The position numbers and the translations under genes were made by a program. Positions 17,766-27,620 of a stretch of DNA of 64,000 nucleotides are shown piece after piece (the first letter of the stretch is position 1; each line of letters opens with the position of its first letter). The notes under the pieces were generated by a model. The model searched no databases and had not been told where the DNA came from. It worked only from the letters and a program-made list of their open reading frames with translations. This DNA is from a virus: IMG/VR virus record IMGVR_UViG_3300034121_000527, positions 29,973-93,972 of that record, one strand, 5' to 3'.

Positions 17766-19849
17766 CCTTTCGCCTCCGACCAGTTATAAGCTGAGTGGCA
17801 AGACACTCTTAGTGGTATTCCACTAATAATGTTACCATCACCCATGGCATTTATAAATAAAGGTTGGATTACGTCCACTGAGTCTTCTGGAACCATTGCT
17901 ACTAGTTCGTCATGTACTTGAACAAGTATCTTAGAGTCTGTATCTTTGAGTACTTCATAAACGTCAATCATAGCTTTTTTACAGATATCAGCTGCTGATC
18001 CTTGAACCACCGCATTAACGGCCTGACGTTCTGCTCTAGAACGCAACATATAGTCGTCTGATCGTAAGTCAGGTAGTCTGCGGCGGCGACCTGAGATGGT
18101 TTTTACATACCCCATTTTTATACCCTCGTCAATAATTGACTTCTTCCATTTAGTTATTCCTGAGAACTGTTTATAGTACTGGTCAATAACAAACCGTGCG
18201 TGCTCTTCGTCAACGCCAGTTGTTCGTGCCAGTTTTTGAGGGCCTCCACCATAGGCAGTTAGGAAGTTAACCCCTTTTCCAAGCTGTCTTTCTTCTGAAG
18301 TAACTTCCTCAACTGGTTTACCCAAGATAAGAGCAGCTGCTCCAGAGTGGATGTCATCGCCATTGAGAAAGAATTCGCTCATTTTCTTATCTCCTGAGAA
18401 CATGCACATAACACGAAGCTCAATCTGGTCATAGTCAGCTACTAGTAGGACATTTCCTGGAGTGGCCACAAACAAGCTACGAACACTGCTGTCTCTTGGG
18501 ATATTTTGTAGGTTGGGGTTACTTGAGGACAAACGACCAGTGGCAGTTCTGTGTAAGTGGAATGACGGATGTAAAGAACCCTTATTCAGCTTTGTAAGCA
18601 ACCCATCAACATAGGTTGACTTAACCTTTTTTGTTTCTGCCCAGTCAATTAACATTGGAACAATTGGGTGTTTGGCCTCAAGGTTGTGTAAAGCCTCTTC
18701 GTCTACTGAGGCTGAGCCCTTTTCTGTAAACTTGGTGGGCTTTAGACCAAGACCACCCTCCCGCTTCTTTGTAAACAACAACTGTTGTTTGTGTTTAGGG
18801 CTATCTGGGTTGAATCCAGGGGGAGCGTAGTCCATCATGTTTAGAAGCAAATTGTTTAGACTTTTGTCTAGTTCAACACCTAGCTTCTTCATAGATCTGT
18901 AGTCAACAGGTATACCTGTATCTTCCATTTCCATAAGGACACGTATAACTTCCATGTCTTGGCGTAAGCATGACAGTAGTTCTTCTTTGTTTTGAATCTT
19001 CTGCCAAAGGATCTTGTACAAGTGCCAGGTCCATTTGGCATCTAGGTGCACATACTTTGTTGCTTTTGAAAAAGGAACCAAAGTTATCATTGCACCAAGT
19101 TTCCCATCTTGATGGTAGGGGTTAAACCCACCAAAGTTATGGGCTATTAGTTTATCCAGGCTGTACTCAGACAGATTCTCATTTAAGATATGCTGTGCGA
19201 TCATTGTGTCAATGAACGGGCCCTCTGGCAGTTCATTATTAAAATACTTACGAACAGATCTTGCATCAAACTTGACGTTATGGCCAATCTTTACAAGATC
19301 ACCAAAGAATATAGGTTCAAGTTCCTTAAAAACCTCAGTTCGAGACAGCTGTTCCGGAGCAGGGGAAAACACTGCTGGGATATAATACCTACCCTTAGCC
19401 ATTGACTCCTTACCATTAGCCAGGAGTTTACGGTAGCCGCTTGGAGGAATGGTAGAGCCATCACCGCGTTCTTCAGGGATAATGATTTCGCCGTTGGGAT
19501 GCCCCATTGGAATTGCCCATGAATGACCCTCTGTAGCAAGCCCAAGCCAAAATACTTCATTGCGCATTGGATCTAACGCAAGAGTGTTTGCCCATTTGTT
19601 TACAAGGATTTCTTTTGATCGGGCAATTACATCTTCAGAGGTTGTTTTAATGGTTGTGGCGTGTGTTTCCCATTCCTGGTCAATCCAAGCCATAACATCA
19701 GAATGCCGTTCTACAATACCTCGGGTTTCAACGTCAAATGCAAACGCCCCTACTTCAGTAATTGTAGCTACAATTTCCTGTAACTCTTCTATTGTAGATA
19801 CAACATGGGGGGCCGTTAAGCCCCCCATGCAACCATTAAACTGGTTCAT
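17762..19849 (-). CDS. polA: Family A DNA polymerase with 3'-5' exonuclease
   Basis: ExoI FDVET, ExoII HNVKFD, ExoIII YVHLDA; TATGRLSSSNPNLQNIP, ADYDQIELR, R..GK.VNF...YG, VHDEL. Start codon uncertain. Confidence 0.97.
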   Translation of the reverse strand: MNQFNGCMGGLTAPHVVSTIEELQEIVATITEVGAFAFDVETRGIVERHSDVMAWIDQEWETHATTIKTTSEDVIARSKEILVNKWANTLALDPMRNEVFWLGLATEGHSWAIPMGHPNGEIIIPEERGDGSTIPPSGYRKLLANGKESMAKGRYYIPAVFSPAPEQLSRTEVFKELEPIFFGDLVKIGHNVKFDARSVRKYFNNELPEGPFIDTMIAQHILNENLSEYSLDKLIAHNFGGFNPYHQDGKLGAMITLVPFSKATKYVHLDAKWTWHLYKILWQKIQNKEELLSCLRQDMEVIRVLMEMEDTGIPVDYRSMKKLGVELDKSLNNLLLNMMDYAPPGFNPDSPKHKQQLLFTKKREGGLGLKPTKFTEKGSASVDEEALHNLEAKHPIVPMLIDWAETKKVKSTYVDGLLTKLNKGSLHPSFHLHRTATGRLSSSNPNLQNIPRDSSVRSLFVATPGNVLLVADYDQIELRVMCMFSGDKKMSEFFLNGDDIHSGAAALILGKPVEEVTSEERQLGKGVNFLTAYGGGPQKLARTTGVDEEHARFVIDQYYKQFSGITKWKKSIIDEGIKMGYVKTISGRRRRLPDLRSDDYMLRSRAERQAVNAVVQGSAADICKKAMIDVYEVLKDTDSKILVQVHDELVAMVPEDSVDVIQPLFINAMGDGNIISGIPLRVSCHSAYNWSEAKG
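19804..19829. promoter_or_regulatory. Perfect GC-rich hairpin at the polA 5' end
   Basis: CATGGGGGGC-CGTTAA-GCCCCCCATG. Confidence 0.6.
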
Positions 19850-19850
19850 C

Positions 19851-20546
19851 TCAGTCTGCCAAATCTTCTAAGGCAATCTGAGTAAGGTCCTTGCGGGTTG
19901 GGATTTGGATAATTTCAGGGGTGTAGGCATCCTTGCGGAAAACCTTTAAGTCATCTTCGGTAAGACCGTCAATATTCCACTCTTCAAGATCTCGTTCCTT
20001 AACTAACTGATGGTTAGTTGCAGAAGTTGCACCCTTGCCTGAACGGCTGACCGCCCAGTAGTGCTTGGAAAGTGGTCCCTGTCGTGGGTCAATGTGGAAG
20101 TTCTTAAGTTGGTCAATAACTCGTGGTCCAACTTCATAGGACTTGTGCATTGGTTCAGCATCTGAAGACAACAACACTACGTTAAACGCAAATCGTGTTG
20201 AGGGTCGGCTACCTGCATCACAAAGCGGACAACCCTTGGGGTCTAGGTCAGCAATGCAAGTAAAAGACTTCTGACCAGTACGTTCTACCCAGTGTTGGCG
20301 GTAGGTGGCGTACGGCTCATCTTCAAGAAACTTAATAATGGTTGTATCTTCTGAAATACGTAATCTCTGTGCGTATGGGGAATCTGCTGATTTAGCTTGC
20401 TCTACAGCACCCCAACCACTACGGATTACTTTGGTAGCCACAGCGGGCTTGTCATCATCATCATCATCGATTTTGCGGCTTGCACGTGTTGGCTTTGCCG
20501 CTTCTTCCATGATTTCTGTTTCGTCGTCGTCGTCGTATCTGCTCAT
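19851..20546 (-). CDS. Single-stranded DNA-binding protein (gp32-like)
   Basis: IIKFLEDEP...QHW...FTC....CPLC...R...FNV...V.R.G.G; adjacent to polA. Confidence 0.75.
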   Translation of the reverse strand: MSRYDDDDETEIMEEAAKPTRASRKIDDDDDDKPAVATKVIRSGWGAVEQAKSADSPYAQRLRISEDTTIIKFLEDEPYATYRQHWVERTGQKSFTCIADLDPKGCPLCDAGSRPSTRFAFNVVLLSSDAEPMHKSYEVGPRVIDQLKNFHIDPRQGPLSKHYWAVSRSGKGATSATNHQLVKERDLEEWNIDGLTEDDLKVFRKDAYTPEIIQIPTRKDLTQIALEDLAD

Positions 20547-20566
20547 TATTTTGTCCTTTGTGTTTG

Positions 20567-21007
20567 TTAGTTGGGCCATTTTTGTTTTATGTATTTTCTG
20601 AATCCATCCCAGTTGGCCTTTGCTGGGTTGGAAATTTGAAACTGATCAACAGCGTCAATCAGAAACTCTACCTGCTCCAAACTGTAAAGTCTACGACCTT
20701 TCAAAGTTTTTCCAGGAATTTGTTGGCCACGTGGTGTGGGGGTTCTAAAAGTGGCTCTAGGTATCCACCCCTGTTGCTCCCACATCCTAATGGTCACCGG
20801 CTTTCTATCTAATGCCTTAGCAAGTTCTCCAACAGAAAAGAACATACGCTCTTCTCCAGACATATGGAAAACCTTACCACGTGCACCATTTAGTCTATCT
20901 TCAAGTCTTGAATCTTTTTTCTTGGCACTTTCTCTATTTTTAGGAGGAGTTTTACCAGGATAGTCAGGTAGATCGTTGAAGAAGTCTAACGGGTCTTTGG
21001 GCATCAT
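20567..21007 (-). CDS. MerR-like HTH DNA-binding protein
   Basis: FSVGELAKALDRKPVTIRMWEQQGWIP...GRRLYS. Confidence 0.8.
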   Translation of the reverse strand: MMPKDPLDFFNDLPDYPGKTPPKNRESAKKKDSRLEDRLNGARGKVFHMSGEERMFFSVGELAKALDRKPVTIRMWEQQGWIPRATFRTPTPRGQQIPGKTLKGRRLYSLEQVEFLIDAVDQFQISNPAKANWDGFRKYIKQKWPN

Positions 21008-21432
21008 TCGTCTCCGTAACTCTTGCCCTCTACGACTTTAAACGCCCATGATTCTTTTTTGACATAAAGCTCGTCAAGTTCAAGTTTTAGTTCTGGGTTA
21101 TCCCATACTTTACCTAAAAGCTTATCTTCGCTAAGTATTCTTACTTCTTCAGAGACGTCTTTCCACATGTTCTTAGATCTAGCCCACTGTTCTGCAGCAT
21201 GGTTATCTAGGTTGATAGACACACGACGTTCTCTTTTAAGTTGGTGCTCTCCTGCAGGGAGCCACTTGTGTCCTTTGTCATCAACGTCTCCGAAAGAATC
21301 TACTTGGCTGCTCAGCTCTTTTTTAATCTTGTCTAGGCGCTCTTGGTATTTTTCAATAAGGCTCTTTAAGTTTACGTATTCAGTAACTATGCGTCCTAGG
21401 TCAATTTCATGGATCTTTGAGTTATTACTCAT
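21004..21432 (-). CDS. Hypothetical coiled-coil protein
   Basis: Start moved to MSNNSK, with SD AGGAG. Confidence 0.6.
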   Translation of the reverse strand: MSNNSKIHEIDLGRIVTEYVNLKSLIEKYQERLDKIKKELSSQVDSFGDVDDKGHKWLPAGEHQLKRERRVSINLDNHAAEQWARSKNMWKDVSEEVRILSEDKLLGKVWDNPELKLELDELYVKKESWAFKVVEGKSYGDE

Positions 21433-21439
21433 GGTGCTC

Positions 21440-22987
21440 CTATACGTGTGAGTCACGCAGAAATTGCGTGAGGCTTCCTAGTGTTATGTCAAACCCACCA
21501 CGAACATCATGGTGTTTTCCATCTACAAATGCTTCATTAATTGAACGTTTTTGTTGAAGCATTTCGTATTGGCGTTCCTCAATACTACCCTGCATAACAA
21601 AAGTTGCAATAGTAACGTGAGGAAATTCTGAAGAAAGTCTAATAATTCTTGCTTCTCTTTGTTCAAGTTTTCCACTGCTCCATGGAAGGTCATATGAAAT
21701 TAGATAGTTGGCCATAGGTAAGTCAACACCATACCCACCAGCATCTGAGGAGAGGAACAACCTGGTATCTGGGTCAGTACCAAACTGTTGTTTAGAATTA
21801 TCGCGATCTTCCGCTGACATCCCGCCCATAAATAAAACACTCTTTGTTAACTTAGAGGTGGATTCTTTAATCAATCTTAGGTTTTCTTTAAAGAAAGAAA
21901 ATAGAACTACTTTATTCTTGGGGTCAGCACTAAGGACTTCTTCAATGTACTCAACTACTGCATTAAGTTTGGGGGTGTCTATCGCTTTAGATAGGTAACC
22001 TCTTGCGTCAATGTCAAATGCGTAAGCACTCCCCTCATTGGGGCGTTTTGGGTCTGCGTATATTGCAGCGGATCTTGATACGAGGTTTGGGTTGTCACAC
22101 AACATTCTAAGGACGGTCAGTCTAGACATGATTTGCCCTTGTGCTTCGTTAGAAGCTGGGTCGTTGTAGTGTTTCCATAAGTTGAAAGAACCACCGTGCT
22201 TAGACATGGCTTGCTGAAGTTGGTGTAGTAGGTCAATTGCAATAGTTCTGTATAAGGTTGCCCCATGGGTATCAAATGGTACGGGGATTAATTGATGGAT
22301 AATTTCAGGAAGCTGATCAGCAATGTCTTCTCGAGTTTTTCTGATCATGCAGTCTTCCATTGAAGAATGTAGGTTGTTTAAGTTTCGATAGCGCACGGGT
22401 TTACCATAGTAATCACGAACTATGAAGGTTCTATCAAAGGCATCAAATGGACCAAGTACCGTTGGGTCAACAAACTCCATGATGGAGAACAACTCTTCTG
22501 GTCGGTTTTCAATTGGCTGGCCGGTTAGAGCGTACCTGTATACCATTGGTTTGGATATTCTTTTTACCATCTTAGAGCGTTTACTTGAACGGGATTTAAG
22601 CATGGTTGCTTCGTCCACCACAATTGCTTGACATGGGATGCGTTTAAAGAACTCTAGGTCTCTAATAAGACATTCAGTATTAACAATCACATACTGTGAT
22701 GAAATGGCTGCTTTCCAAAGTTTCTCTCTAGTCTTTGCAGGGCCATCAATAACAGTTACTCTGGAGTTTGTAAACCTCTGTATTTCACGTTTCCACTGGT
22801 ACTTGAGTGATGCTGGGACAACAACTAAACATCGATCAATATCTCTGTTGACTAAGAGGGTTTCTATGCAAGAGATAGTTGTAACGGTTTTTCCTGCTCC
22901 CATAACAAGTCCAAGAAGTACTTGACCACGGTCAAGCATCTTTTCAACTGATTCTTCTTGGTATGGGTAAAGGGAACCTGTAAACAT
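21440..22987 (-). CDS. SNF2-family helicase
   Basis: LYPYQ, MGAGKT, VVDEA, LTGQPIEN, KVVLFS, GGYGVDL, LPW...EQREARI.R. Confidence 0.92.
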   Translation of the reverse strand: MFTGSLYPYQEESVEKMLDRGQVLLGLVMGAGKTVTTISCIETLLVNRDIDRCLVVVPASLKYQWKREIQRFTNSRVTVIDGPAKTREKLWKAAISSQYVIVNTECLIRDLEFFKRIPCQAIVVDEATMLKSRSSKRSKMVKRISKPMVYRYALTGQPIENRPEELFSIMEFVDPTVLGPFDAFDRTFIVRDYYGKPVRYRNLNNLHSSMEDCMIRKTREDIADQLPEIIHQLIPVPFDTHGATLYRTIAIDLLHQLQQAMSKHGGSFNLWKHYNDPASNEAQGQIMSRLTVLRMLCDNPNLVSRSAAIYADPKRPNEGSAYAFDIDARGYLSKAIDTPKLNAVVEYIEEVLSADPKNKVVLFSFFKENLRLIKESTSKLTKSVLFMGGMSAEDRDNSKQQFGTDPDTRLFLSSDAGGYGVDLPMANYLISYDLPWSSGKLEQREARIIRLSSEFPHVTIATFVMQGSIEERQYEMLQQKRSINEAFVDGKHHDVRGGFDITLGSLTQFLRDSHV

Positions 22988-23905
22988 CTAAGCAATCCAT
23001 GGGGGCATAATCTTGGCTGTTTCTAAACCAACCTCAATTTCAACGTCCGTCATATCTCCTATATCTTTAGCATCAGTATTTTTGTAGTTCCACCAGTACA
23101 ACCCTTTGCGAGGTGTACCAAGTGCGTGGTAAAGCTTCTTACTAGATTCTACACCAGCTTTATCGTTATCCATTGCTACTATAACTTTATCAGCTAAATG
23201 CAGTATAAGGTCTATTTGCTCTTGAGATACATACGCACCAAAAGTTCCAAGTGCTTGGGCTTTATCCGTTACCTTGGCAAACCTAATAACATCTAATGGT
23301 GACTCTACAATAACTGCTGTTGAGCTGCGGAAACGTTCAACTCCAAATAGGGTCTTAGATTTCTTTACCCCAGTTGGAAAATTTAATACACTACCTAATC
23401 TTTTTTCTTGCCAACCATCCAACCGTCCAGTAGCAGACATGATTGGGATGGCCCAGGATTTATTCTTGGGGTTCCAACGTACACCATATCGGTGTGTTAT
23501 CTCAGGGTCTAAGTTGCGAGAATTGCATAACCGTTCTGGAACTCGGTCAAATCCAAAGAAGGCATCGCGATCTACAAACACATCTTCTTGTTGGGCTTTG
23601 CCCTCTATCAAAGTTTTGTAGCTTGCGTCTACAATCATCTTCTGTATTTCAATCCCAGAGTCACCCCCTGAGAGCTCATACAATAAAGATGAGAGCGACC
23701 CACGTGCTCCACATGAGAAGCAGATCCATAACCCAGTTGTGGCATTCATGCTCCAAGACGGAGAATTGTCTGGTTTGCCAACTGTTCTGATGTGAACTGG
23801 GCATTTACCAGTTATTTCTTTGTCTCCAACTCTTTTAACCTCCACCCCTAGTGATTCTAGGACTTGGGCCAAGTTAGTCGAATGAGGGGTTGATGTGGTC
23901 GTCAT
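22988..23905 (-). CDS. DNA primase (Zn finger + TOPRIM)
   Basis: CPVH...PSWS...CFSCG; IVESPLD; AMDNDKAG; KDIGD. Confidence 0.9.
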   Translation of the reverse strand: MTTTSTPHSTNLAQVLESLGVEVKRVGDKEITGKCPVHIRTVGKPDNSPSWSMNATTGLWICFSCGARGSLSSLLYELSGGDSGIEIQKMIVDASYKTLIEGKAQQEDVFVDRDAFFGFDRVPERLCNSRNLDPEITHRYGVRWNPKNKSWAIPIMSATGRLDGWQEKRLGSVLNFPTGVKKSKTLFGVERFRSSTAVIVESPLDVIRFAKVTDKAQALGTFGAYVSQEQIDLILHLADKVIVAMDNDKAGVESSKKLYHALGTPRKGLYWWNYKNTDAKDIGDMTDVEIEVGLETAKIMPPWIA

Positions 23906-25130
23906 AATCTGATACCTCCTCAAATTCCATAGTAGTCCAGTCCCACTTAACGTGTACTTCACCAGTAGGGGCTGTTCGGGCTAATACAACTCTAATGATT
24001 GCTTGGTCTTCCATATCTGGGTTTCGCTCAACACCAAGAATCAAGTCAGCGTCTTGCGCAAAAGATGAGGTGTAACCAATTGCATCTGCCGTAACCGCAC
24101 GAGTCTTTTTATTGCCTAGCTTCCAAGAAAGAACCTGGGTAGTTGCAACCACAGGAATATCAAAACGCTGTGCAAGTCTTTTCAGAGATCTTGTGATGTT
24201 GGTTAGGGCTTGGGGGCTTCCCTTTGCTTCACCCTCCTCATCATCCATCAAGTACACACCATCAACAAACAACACGTCAGGTTGGTACTCCTGTACTTTT
24301 CCAGCAAGAGCTGTAACTGTTGTAAGTGATGAGGTATCTTCACTGAAAACAAATGGATGCATGTTTTTGCGGATGCTCAGGGCTTTGCGGATCTTTACCA
24401 TGTCATCGTTGTTTAAGTCACCTGACAAGATGCGGGTATACGGTACTTTGGAAATCAATGAGTCATACCGTGCTTCTTGTTCTTCAATGCTCATTTCAAA
24501 AGAAACAAAGAGTGGGCGCTTGCCGTGAATGTGTGCAGAGTTGGCAAGGATCAAAGCAAACAAAGACTTACCACGCTTTGGTTCACCAGCAAACACAATG
24601 AATTGCTGTGGACGTAATCCGTGTGTAATTTTGTCAAGACCATGAAAGCCAGTTGGAATACCACGAAGAGCGTTTGGAGTATTCCGCATTACCTCATAGC
24701 GGGCCATTCTGTTTTCCCAGTTTTGGATAATGTCAATGTCTCTAAGGCGGGCAGCATCAACCGATGCTTTTTGTAAACCTACCGATAGAGCGGCCATTGC
24801 CTCTTCAAGGTTGTTTGCGTCAATCGCAGGAATTGCATGAGACAAAGAATCCATGATGGTTCTTCTTCTAAACCCTGCTACCACTTCTTCAATCAACCTA
24901 GAGAAAGTTTCTCCAGAGGCATCTTCTAATGTGACATCTCCAAATTCTTGGTTGAACACACGTTCGGTAGGAACTGCACCATGAACGCGGTTGAATTCCA
25001 ATAACCATGACCATATCTCAGGCCATGAACCAGTAAAGTGGTCAACTTTCAAACCGGCTTTGATTGGGGTATTCAAGTCTTTTTCTTGAATGATTTTTGA
25101 AACTAGGTATAGCTCGCTGGAAGCCATCAT
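23874..25130 (-). CDS. dnaB: DnaB-like replicative helicase
   Basis: GIPTGF..LD.IT.GL, GEPKRGKS, SFEMS, FVDGVYL, LK.LA, QDAD. Confidence 0.92.
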   Translation of the reverse strand: MMASSELYLVSKIIQEKDLNTPIKAGLKVDHFTGSWPEIWSWLLEFNRVHGAVPTERVFNQEFGDVTLEDASGETFSRLIEEVVAGFRRRTIMDSLSHAIPAIDANNLEEAMAALSVGLQKASVDAARLRDIDIIQNWENRMARYEVMRNTPNALRGIPTGFHGLDKITHGLRPQQFIVFAGEPKRGKSLFALILANSAHIHGKRPLFVSFEMSIEEQEARYDSLISKVPYTRILSGDLNNDDMVKIRKALSIRKNMHPFVFSEDTSSLTTVTALAGKVQEYQPDVLFVDGVYLMDDEEGEAKGSPQALTNITRSLKRLAQRFDIPVVATTQVLSWKLGNKKTRAVTADAIGYTSSFAQDADLILGVERNPDMEDQAIIRVVLARTAPTGEVHVKWDWTTMEFEEVSDYDDHINPSFD

Positions 25131-25570
25131 ATTCTCCATGCAGTGTTTGGTTTAACAACGTGGGCTCTAAACCCTATCGTAAACGCTTCTTCGTCAGTTG
25201 ATACATACACCGTTCGTATGCCTCTGTTGTATCGTAAATCTATTTCGTAATCTTTTGGTGAGTCGTACCACAACACTGTGGTACGGACTCCTTTACGTAG
25301 TAACCATTCGTAAATTGGATCAACTGCATCGGGGTGCAGGAAGGTAATTACATCAGTACCAATTCCCAACCGATTAACGCAGTCAGCTAGGGAGCGTACA
25401 GCAAGATCATTTGGTTTCCACATTGGAATTGCAGTTTCCCAATTATTTGCTCGTTCATAAAATTTGTACTTGGTCTTAGCTGTAATTCCTTCGGGAGGTG
25501 TTGCTAGGACACCCTCCCATATACAGGATTGTCCAAGAATGGAATACTCTGCTATGTCACCACGTTCCAT
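25127..25570 (-). CDS. Hypothetical protein (HAD-like fold?)
   Basis: IWEGVLA motif; coupled between the loader and helicase genes. Confidence 0.6.
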   Translation of the reverse strand: MERGDIAEYSILGQSCIWEGVLATPPEGITAKTKYKFYERANNWETAIPMWKPNDLAVRSLADCVNRLGIGTDVITFLHPDAVDPIYEWLLRKGVRTTVLWYDSPKDYEIDLRYNRGIRTVYVSTDEEAFTIGFRAHVVKPNTAWRI

Positions 25571-26178
25571 TAGGAAACCCTTATTTCAGTCATCTCTGTT
25601 GTGGATACCTTGACCCGATCACCATACCGACGATTGAAGTCCATAGTTCCTAGGGTTGTGGTAATAATCATTGATCGGGTGTCCTCATACCGTCTGCGGA
25701 TAAGACTGCCAACTTCATGAGTTGAAAAGTCTGTTTCACGCTCTTGTCCCACTCCATCCAGTAGCACAACATCAAATACTCCTTGGATGTACTTAAGCAA
25801 GTATGGCATTGAGTACATCTCTGGAAGAAGACCACCATCTTGTTCAAACGTATCTTTGAGCATGTCTATGTATCGGTCACTGCTTACAAAACGGCCAGAT
25901 GCACCGTTGCGCAAAACAAGTTCTTGAAGAACTGCTTGACCAACAATACTTTTTCCTGATCCAGTCTTGCCGTACAAAAACAAGCTGTCACCTTGCTGGT
26001 AGTTATTAACCCAGTTGGTAACTTCTTCAATACAGCGATCACTTACCGTAAGTGACTCTAACGACCATTCTGCCCAGCGTGTGGGAATTCGTGTATGGAA
26101 TAAGCGCTCTTCAACAGAGCGGTTTCTCCACCACTTCTCTGATTTCCAATCAGTCGGAACCTGGAATGTCTGTGTCAT
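25570..26178 (-). CDS. DnaC/IstB-like AAA+ helicase loader
   Basis: IPTRW, LFLYGKTGSGKS, VLLDGVGQE, LIRRRY, IITT, YGDRV. Confidence 0.85.
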   Translation of the reverse strand: MTQTFQVPTDWKSEKWWRNRSVEERLFHTRIPTRWAEWSLESLTVSDRCIEEVTNWVNNYQQGDSLFLYGKTGSGKSIVGQAVLQELVLRNGASGRFVSSDRYIDMLKDTFEQDGGLLPEMYSMPYLLKYIQGVFDVVLLDGVGQERETDFSTHEVGSLIRRRYEDTRSMIITTTLGTMDFNRRYGDRVKVSTTEMTEIRVS

Positions 26179-26365
26179 GATTCTCCGTGTAGTAGCCATT
26201 TTCAATTATGCTCCAAAAGTCTGAGTCAATGGTTGAAGCTTCTGAGGTGCGCAACTCTAGCCACTCTTCAAACTCTTCGTGTGTTTCAAATGCGGTTGTG
26301 ACCCAATTCACAAAACGTATTAGTTCTTCAAAACTTGTAAATGCAAACACTCCATCAATTTCCAT
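26150..26365 (-). CDS. Small acidic hypothetical protein
   Basis: ORF in operon with SD GGAG. Confidence 0.55.
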   Translation of the reverse strand: MEIDGVFAFTSFEELIRFVNWVTTAFETHEEFEEWLELRTSEASTIDSDFWSIIENGYYTENHDTDIPGSD

Positions 26366-27620
26366 GGGTCACTCTCCGATAGTTGTAAATCGCTGAAACA
26401 ATCGTATCAGCGGCGGGTCGGAGGGTGGTGCGAGTTTTTGCAAGCAGTTCTTTTGGAAGTGTGATACCAACAAGATCTTCCTGTAATTCTTTAAGGTCTG
26501 CCTCTTCTTCTCCAATATGCCACTTGACCAGGGAGTTTAAAGAACTAATTTGGTTTCTAAACATCGATGATGAAAAGTCATCAGCTAGCTCGATAACTTG
26601 TGCTACTAGCTCTGGGTATCTATAGCAAACATCCATTCCTGAGATAATGATAACCTTACGTAAGGATTCATCAGAAGCTTTATCCCAAGGTAAGTCCAGC
26701 CCCTCACGATTAAAATCATTGAGCATCAAACTTAGAATTGGGCTGGTGTTATCTAACACTGTGTCAAGTGTTTCCATTAATGATGCTTGAACACCTTTGC
26801 TAGAAAACATGAGCACTGGGGATTCTGCTCCACGCATACGGTCGGTGCTAAAGAACTTGTCAATCATCTGACGAACGGTTGTTCGTGAAACACCAGCGTC
26901 TAGTAGAAGCTTGATTGTTCTGCGGAGAATGTTCATGTCCTGAAAAGAGTACGAACAAACCATTACTGATCTGGGATGGTACACAAAGTAACTAGCTAAA
27001 TCGTTTACCTCTGGTCGAGGTTTACGTTTTACGGGTTCTTCAACCTTTGCTTTTTCATTTACGTCTGCGCCAAGAATCATATCCTCTACCTTATCACGAG
27101 GGCCATCGGCCTTCTTTACGGTTTTATTACTATTACTCTCTATTATTACTATTTCTCTAGAGATCAGCGCTTTTGTTACCTGTGCTGGTGTTATGTTCAT
27201 TTTGATAGGGTCATGGGTGACCCTATCAGGGGTAGTAGGTAGGGTCATGGGTGACCCTATTGAGGGTGTTGTGTTGGTGGTTGATAGGGTCATGGGTGAC
27301 CCTATTGCTGGTTGTGTGTAGTTAATAATGTAAGTGTTTGGTTTTGGTTTTTGTCGTAATTTTGTTGTGATTATTTGTTGCTCTGAGAGCCATTTGAGTG
27401 ATCGTTTTACAGTTTCTTTTGAAGTGTATGATGCATCAGCAATCTCTTGAATAGACGCCGAAACAGATTTGTTATGGATGTGCATCATTGAAACAAGGCA
27501 TGTTAAAACCTGCAGATCGCGTGGTTGACCATGCTTAAAAATGAGGGGCACTGCCCACTCAGGGACTGCTAAAAAGCGTCCACCAAAAACGTTACTGGTT
27601 CCCATTGGACTAGTGATCAT
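26355..27620 (-). CDS. Replication initiator with N-terminal winged HTH
   Basis: SIQEIADASYTSKETVKRSLKWL....I......N.Y (HTH_36-like); internal iterons; lies upstream of the DnaC-like gene. Confidence 0.8.
   Translation of the reverse strand: MITSPMGTSNVFGGRFLAVPEWAVPLIFKHGQPRDLQVLTCLVSMMHIHNKSVSASIQEIADASYTSKETVKRSLKWLSEQQIITTKLRQKPKPNTYIINYTQPAIGSPMTLSTTNTTPSIGSPMTLPTTPDRVTHDPIKMNITPAQVTKALISREIVIIESNSNKTVKKADGPRDKVEDMILGADVNEKAKVEEPVKRKPRPEVNDLASYFVYHPRSVMVCSYSFQDMNILRRTIKLLLDAGVSRTTVRQMIDKFFSTDRMRGAESPVLMFSSKGVQASLMETLDTVLDNTSPILSLMLNDFNREGLDLPWDKASDESLRKVIIISGMDVCYRYPELVAQVIELADDFSSSMFRNQISSLNSLVKWHIGEEEADLKELQEDLVGITLPKELLAKTRTTLRPAADTIVSAIYNYRRVTHGN
27203..27305. repeat. Three palindromic iterons TAGGGTCA-TGGG-TGACCCTA (putative replication origin)
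   Basis: Copies at 27203-27228, 27240-27259 and 27284-27305. Confidence 0.85.

Noticed and set aside
17762-25130. Inteins or introns in polA/dnaB (also terL, recA)
   Set aside because: ORFs are contiguous and near normal length, with no C/S...HN splice or LAGLIDADG motifs
27203-27305. Palindromic repeats as a mini-CRISPR array
   Set aside because: Inside an intact CDS; spacers of 14 and 25 bp are too short and unequal; the iteron interpretation fits better
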